The notes under the pieces are model-generated. The model was not told the DNA's origin. It did no database searches and saw only the letters and a program-made list of their open reading frames with translations. Source: a virus. From it: DNA of 34,558 nucleotides. Of the stretch, positions 31,026-34,558 are shown in pieces. Both the position numbers and the translations under genes were made by a program. The stretch lies in UHGV virus genome UHGV-0382272. One strand, given 5' to 3'. The stretch's first letter is position 1. Every line of letters begins with the position of its first letter.

Positions 31026-32491
31026 GTTTATCTGTAAAATTCAACGATCAGGAACTCGGGCGATACTTGAGTGTATTGTCCGGGTTTTCTCCGTTTAGCG
31101 GAGTAAATAGAGAGACAGAACTTCTTGACGGAGCAGAAAGTGCAAAAGGAGAGGATTTTGGCTATATAACATATAAATCAAAGACACTTGAAATGCCATT
31201 TGAAATTAAAGGCGATATTTTAGAAAGTTATGATGCGATTCAGAAGATCCTAAACGTCACAGAGCCGAAAAGGCTTGTGTTTGGGAATTATCCGGATCGC
31301 TATTTTTATGCTGTCCCTGACGGTAATTTTGATATAACACAGGTTGCAATGTTTGGGAAAGGCACGATCACATGGCTCATCCCAGACGGGGTAGCATACT
31401 CCACTACAGAATTTGCATTTGACGGAGTGCAAGAAGATGGATACCAGACAATTACCATCCAAAACAACGGTACCGAGTGGACGGATGTGGACTATGAGAT
31501 TACCCACAAGCACGAGAACGGCTTTATTGGATTGGTCAGCCAGTATGGAGTAATTCAGCTTGGGAAACAAGAAGAAGCGGACGGAGAGAACTACGAAGCG
31601 TCCGAAGAACTGTTTAACGGTTACAGTCTGTTTCAAGACGATCACGGTACCTCTTATCAGAACCCAGAAAACACCGCACAGGGAACGCTCGAAGTCAAGA
31701 ATGTTGCCGGATATAACGTCATGGCATTAAAAGGTGGACAGGCAACATCCGGATTCTGGAACGGTGGAATGAAAACACTTACTATCCCGGTGGACAGCGA
31801 GGGCAGACGTGGGGCGAAGAACTTTTACTGTTACACCCAGCACTGGTTCGAGACTGGATTGATGGGACAGACGGGAGCGCAGACTATTGCGTTTCTTACA
31901 GGGAAAAATGAAGTGATCTGCTCCATGTCTATTAACAAGAGTGATGCCACAGGTAATACGGCGCGTATCGAGTGGTTTGCCCCAGGGAACACCTTGCTCA
32001 GACGGGAAGAGTTCCAGCCGACAGCCTACGAGGGCAATCCGTTTAACCTAAAAATGGGATGCCACAACGACTTTTTAAAAGAGGGAGAAAAGCTGCGGAT
32101 TTTCTGGTATGGAAGTTATATGGAGCGAAACATACCAGAGATTAAGGATATGGAATGCGAAAAAATCCAGATCTGGATCGGGCAGTGGGGAGACAGAAAC
32201 CTCACAAACCAGTACGTTACACACAACTATTTAAAAAGCATCCGATTCCGGAAAGACAATGTCGATAAGTATAAGGATGTGCCGAACCGGTATCGTGCCG
32301 GAGATGTGGTGTCTATAGACGGAGAGAGTACAAAGGTCTATGTAAACGGGATGCCGGCAAAAGGAGATGAGATTAATGGATCCAATTATCCAAAAGTTCC
32401 ACCGGGGACAACGGAAGTGCAGTTCTGCCACTCTTCCTTTTCCTCTCCGCCGCCACAGATTAAAGCCAAAATAAGGGAGGTATACTTGTAA
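31022..32491 (+). CDS. Distal tail protein (Dit) with extended C-terminal region
   Basis: TTG start overlapping the tape measure stop. N-terminal Sipho_tail-like region and canonical position. 489 aa is long for a Dit. Confidence 0.65.
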   Translation: MSLSVKFNDQELGRYLSVLSGFSPFSGVNRETELLDGAESAKGEDFGYITYKSKTLEMPFEIKGDILESYDAIQKILNVTEPKRLVFGNYPDRYFYAVPDGNFDITQVAMFGKGTITWLIPDGVAYSTTEFAFDGVQEDGYQTITIQNNGTEWTDVDYEITHKHENGFIGLVSQYGVIQLGKQEEADGENYEASEELFNGYSLFQDDHGTSYQNPENTAQGTLEVKNVAGYNVMALKGGQATSGFWNGGMKTLTIPVDSEGRRGAKNFYCYTQHWFETGLMGQTGAQTIAFLTGKNEVICSMSINKSDATGNTARIEWFAPGNTLLRREEFQPTAYEGNPFNLKMGCHNDFLKEGEKLRIFWYGSYMERNIPEIKDMECEKIQIWIGQWGDRNLTNQYVTHNYLKSIRFRKDNVDKYKDVPNRYRAGDVVSIDGESTKVYVNGMPAKGDEINGSNYPKVPPGTTEVQFCHSSFSSPPPQIKAKIREVYL

Positions 32492-34558
32492 TGGACAGTA
32501 TTAGAATTGCGATTTTAAGTGCAAACAACACACCGGTAGCATTTATGGACAACGCACACAAAAAATCTATGCATTACTGGGATGATGAGCTACACGAATA
32601 TTTACAGGGAGCAGCGAACACATACACCTTTACAGTTAATGCCAAACATCCAGACGCAGAACATGTTACAGTCGGAAACAAGGTGGCATTTACTTACAAA
32701 GGCAGATCATACTACTTAAATATTGTAAATACCGATCAGACGGAGAAGACAATTACTGCTACGGCATGGTCACTGTCGTTTGAGCTTATTAACGAGGATG
32801 CTGGCGAATACAAAGCTGGAAAAGCCATGAGCTTTGAAGAGTACCTTGCCGTTTTTGATGCTGAGAGAACGCTTAAATTGGGACTCAATGAGGTGTCGGA
32901 CAAACGGATCACCAACGAATGGACCGGTACAACAACCGTGTTAAAGAGATTATTCTCTCTGGCAAATGTCTTTTCTGCGGAGATCGAGTTTGAGACGGTC
33001 TTAAACAGCGATTACTCCTTAAAAGAGATTGTCCTGAATGTATACCGAGAACACAGCGATACGGACAGTGGAATTGGAGAATATCGCAGTGATGTTGTCC
33101 TGCGCTACGGAAAAGGAATTACCGGAATTCGGAAGACTACGGATGCAGAAAAGTTATACACCTGTATCCAGCCGACCGGAAAGGATGGGCTGACGATCAA
33201 TGGTCTGGATAAAAAGGAATACGATGAGAACGGCAATATCGAATACTTTACAGACGGCGCGCTCATCCGGGCACCGCAGGCAAGAGACCGATTCCCGTCC
33301 AATATCGTAAATAAGGCTGATGCTTATATCCTGATGCGTAAAGAGTACGATACAGACAGCAAGGACAAGCTGTACAGCATGGCATTATCTGACCTCAAGA
33401 CCGCATCCGAGCCAGTAGTAACCTACGAGGTGGACGGATATTTTGACACCAACATCGGGGATACGGTAAGGATGCAGGATCAGGAGTGGACACCAGTCCT
33501 TTATCTACAGGCAAGAGTATCAGAACAGATCAGGAGTCTTACCAATCCAAAAACTGCAAAGACGGTATTTACAAACTACAAAGAGCTTACATCCGAAATA
33601 TCCGACGATCTCATCAAAAGGATGCAGGACTTGATTTCAAAAAATAAAGTCTACACCTGTTCCATCTCTACAAACAACGGCATTATCTTTAAAAACGGCA
33701 TCGGCAGCACTACACTGACTGCCTACGCTTACAACAACGGTGTGGATGTGTCTGGAAATCTGGAAATCCGGTGGAGTAAAGATGGGACAGAGTTTTATGT
33801 AGGTAGGAGCGTGACAGTAAATGCAGAGGATGTGGATACCAAGGCGGTGTACTCTTTCGTGGCAACTGAAAATGGAATCCGGCGTGGATATTATGAGGTA
33901 ACAATCACCAAGGTGGACGATGGAGCACCGGGAGAACCTGGAAAAAACGGGGATGACGGAAAGGACGGTGTAGGAATCGAGAGTGTGACCAAGTATTATC
34001 TGGCATCCGAAAAAAGCACAGGAATCACGGTATCCTCTCCGGGATGGACGGACACGAAGCAAGACATGACCGAAACCAAGAAAAACCTATGGAGCTACGA
34101 CCTTATCCGGTACACCAATAGCACGGAAACCAAGACCACACCTGTGATTATCGGTGTACGTGGAGACAACGGAGAGACAGGGGATAGTGGAATTATCATA
34201 TCTCCCGCACCCCCGGAAAATCCAAAAGTTGGACAGCTCTGGCAGACAGCAAGTGGAGAGCCGATTAAAAGATGGGATGGAAGTAAATGGGTGATCTATT
34301 ACATTTCTGTAGAAAATCTGAATGTAGAGACGCTAAGTGCGATTGCCGCAAACCTCGGAACTGTAACCGCTGGACTTATAAAGAGTCTGGACGGACACTT
34401 TTTTATCCAGGTAAATACCGGAGAGATCTACTCCGAAGATGAAAACGGGATAAACAGCTCTGCGATAAGCAAGGGCGTATTTGTAGCGAATGGGATGGAT
34501 AGCGGCAGACACACAAGCTTGTCTATATTCCCAACGCAGATTGCGCAGTATTTTGACG
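32491..34558 (+). CDS. Tail-associated lysin / baseplate protein (Tal, prophage-tail endopeptidase-like N-terminus), 3'-truncated at the window edge
   Basis: AAGGGAGGT RBS. ATG overlaps the Dit stop (TAATG). The frame is open to the end of the window. Short collagen-like stretch GAPGEPGKNGDDGKDGVG. Confidence 0.7.
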   Translation, partial: MDSIRIAILSANNTPVAFMDNAHKKSMHYWDDELHEYLQGAANTYTFTVNAKHPDAEHVTVGNKVAFTYKGRSYYLNIVNTDQTEKTITATAWSLSFELINEDAGEYKAGKAMSFEEYLAVFDAERTLKLGLNEVSDKRITNEWTGTTTVLKRLFSLANVFSAEIEFETVLNSDYSLKEIVLNVYREHSDTDSGIGEYRSDVVLRYGKGITGIRKTTDAEKLYTCIQPTGKDGLTINGLDKKEYDENGNIEYFTDGALIRAPQARDRFPSNIVNKADAYILMRKEYDTDSKDKLYSMALSDLKTASEPVVTYEVDGYFDTNIGDTVRMQDQEWTPVLYLQARVSEQIRSLTNPKTAKTVFTNYKELTSEISDDLIKRMQDLISKNKVYTCSISTNNGIIFKNGIGSTTLTAYAYNNGVDVSGNLEIRWSKDGTEFYVGRSVTVNAEDVDTKAVYSFVATENGIRRGYYEVTITKVDDGAPGEPGKNGDDGKDGVGIESVTKYYLASEKSTGITVSSPGWTDTKQDMTETKKNLWSYDLIRYTNSTETKTTPVIIGVRGDNGETGDSGIIISPAPPENPKVGQLWQTASGEPIKRWDGSKWVIYYISVENLNVETLSAIAANLGTVTAGLIKSLDGHFFIQVNTGEIYSEDENGINSSAISKGVFVANGMDSGRHTSLSIFPTQIAQYFD

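Noticed and set aside
1-34558. CRISPR arrays, rRNA genes, transposases or IS elements
   Set aside because: No spacer-repeat periodicity, no rRNA-like conserved blocks and no DDE-transposase-like ORFs were seen anywhere in the window.

Overview
The whole 34.6-kb window is temperate siphovirus (phage or prophage) DNA of a low-GC Firmicute, probably a Clostridia host: the endolysin resembles the CD27L-type Amidase_3 and the terminase is PBSX-type. No host housekeeping gene is present. The gene order is that of a packaged or circularly permuted phage genome rather than an integrated prophage.

In order, left to right:
- The 3' end of a last tail/host-recognition gene (1-434).
- A lysis cassette at 507-2006: XhlA-like protein, phiLC3-type holin, a micro-ORF and an Amidase_3 endolysin.
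- An attP-like region at 2007-2560: a promoter-driven 59-aa moron, then a tRNA 3'-end fragment flanked by CGTGTTGCAT 12-mer arm repeats.
- A lysogeny module at 2518-5495: tyrosine integrase (-), lipoprotein (-), an extra small XRE regulator plus a 32-aa peptide (+), a SinR-like repressor (-) and a divergent promoter region with three CTTGTT-N4-AACAAG operators.
- An early/replication region at 5496-17230: AntA/KilAC antirepressor, Sipho_Gp157, Rad52-like single-strand annealing protein, NinB-like protein, RusA, replisome organizer with an internal iteron/AT-rich origin candidate, YopX, DUF551, many tiny translationally coupled ORFs, and an ArpU-family late regulator.
- A structured non-coding region at 17231-17808: promoter, terminator, a mini tRNA-like element, palindromes and a phage-borne tRNA-Asn(GTT).
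- A late operon at 17809-34558: TerS, PBSX-type TerL, portal, MuF-like head protein, an unusual internally duplicated 519-aa protein, scaffold, major capsid, connector proteins, major tail, chaperone pair, Cys-rich zinc ribbon, TP901-type tape measure, long Dit, and Tal running off the right edge.

No CRISPR array or rRNA was seen. Assignments rest on sequence inspection and remembered family motifs; no database search was run.
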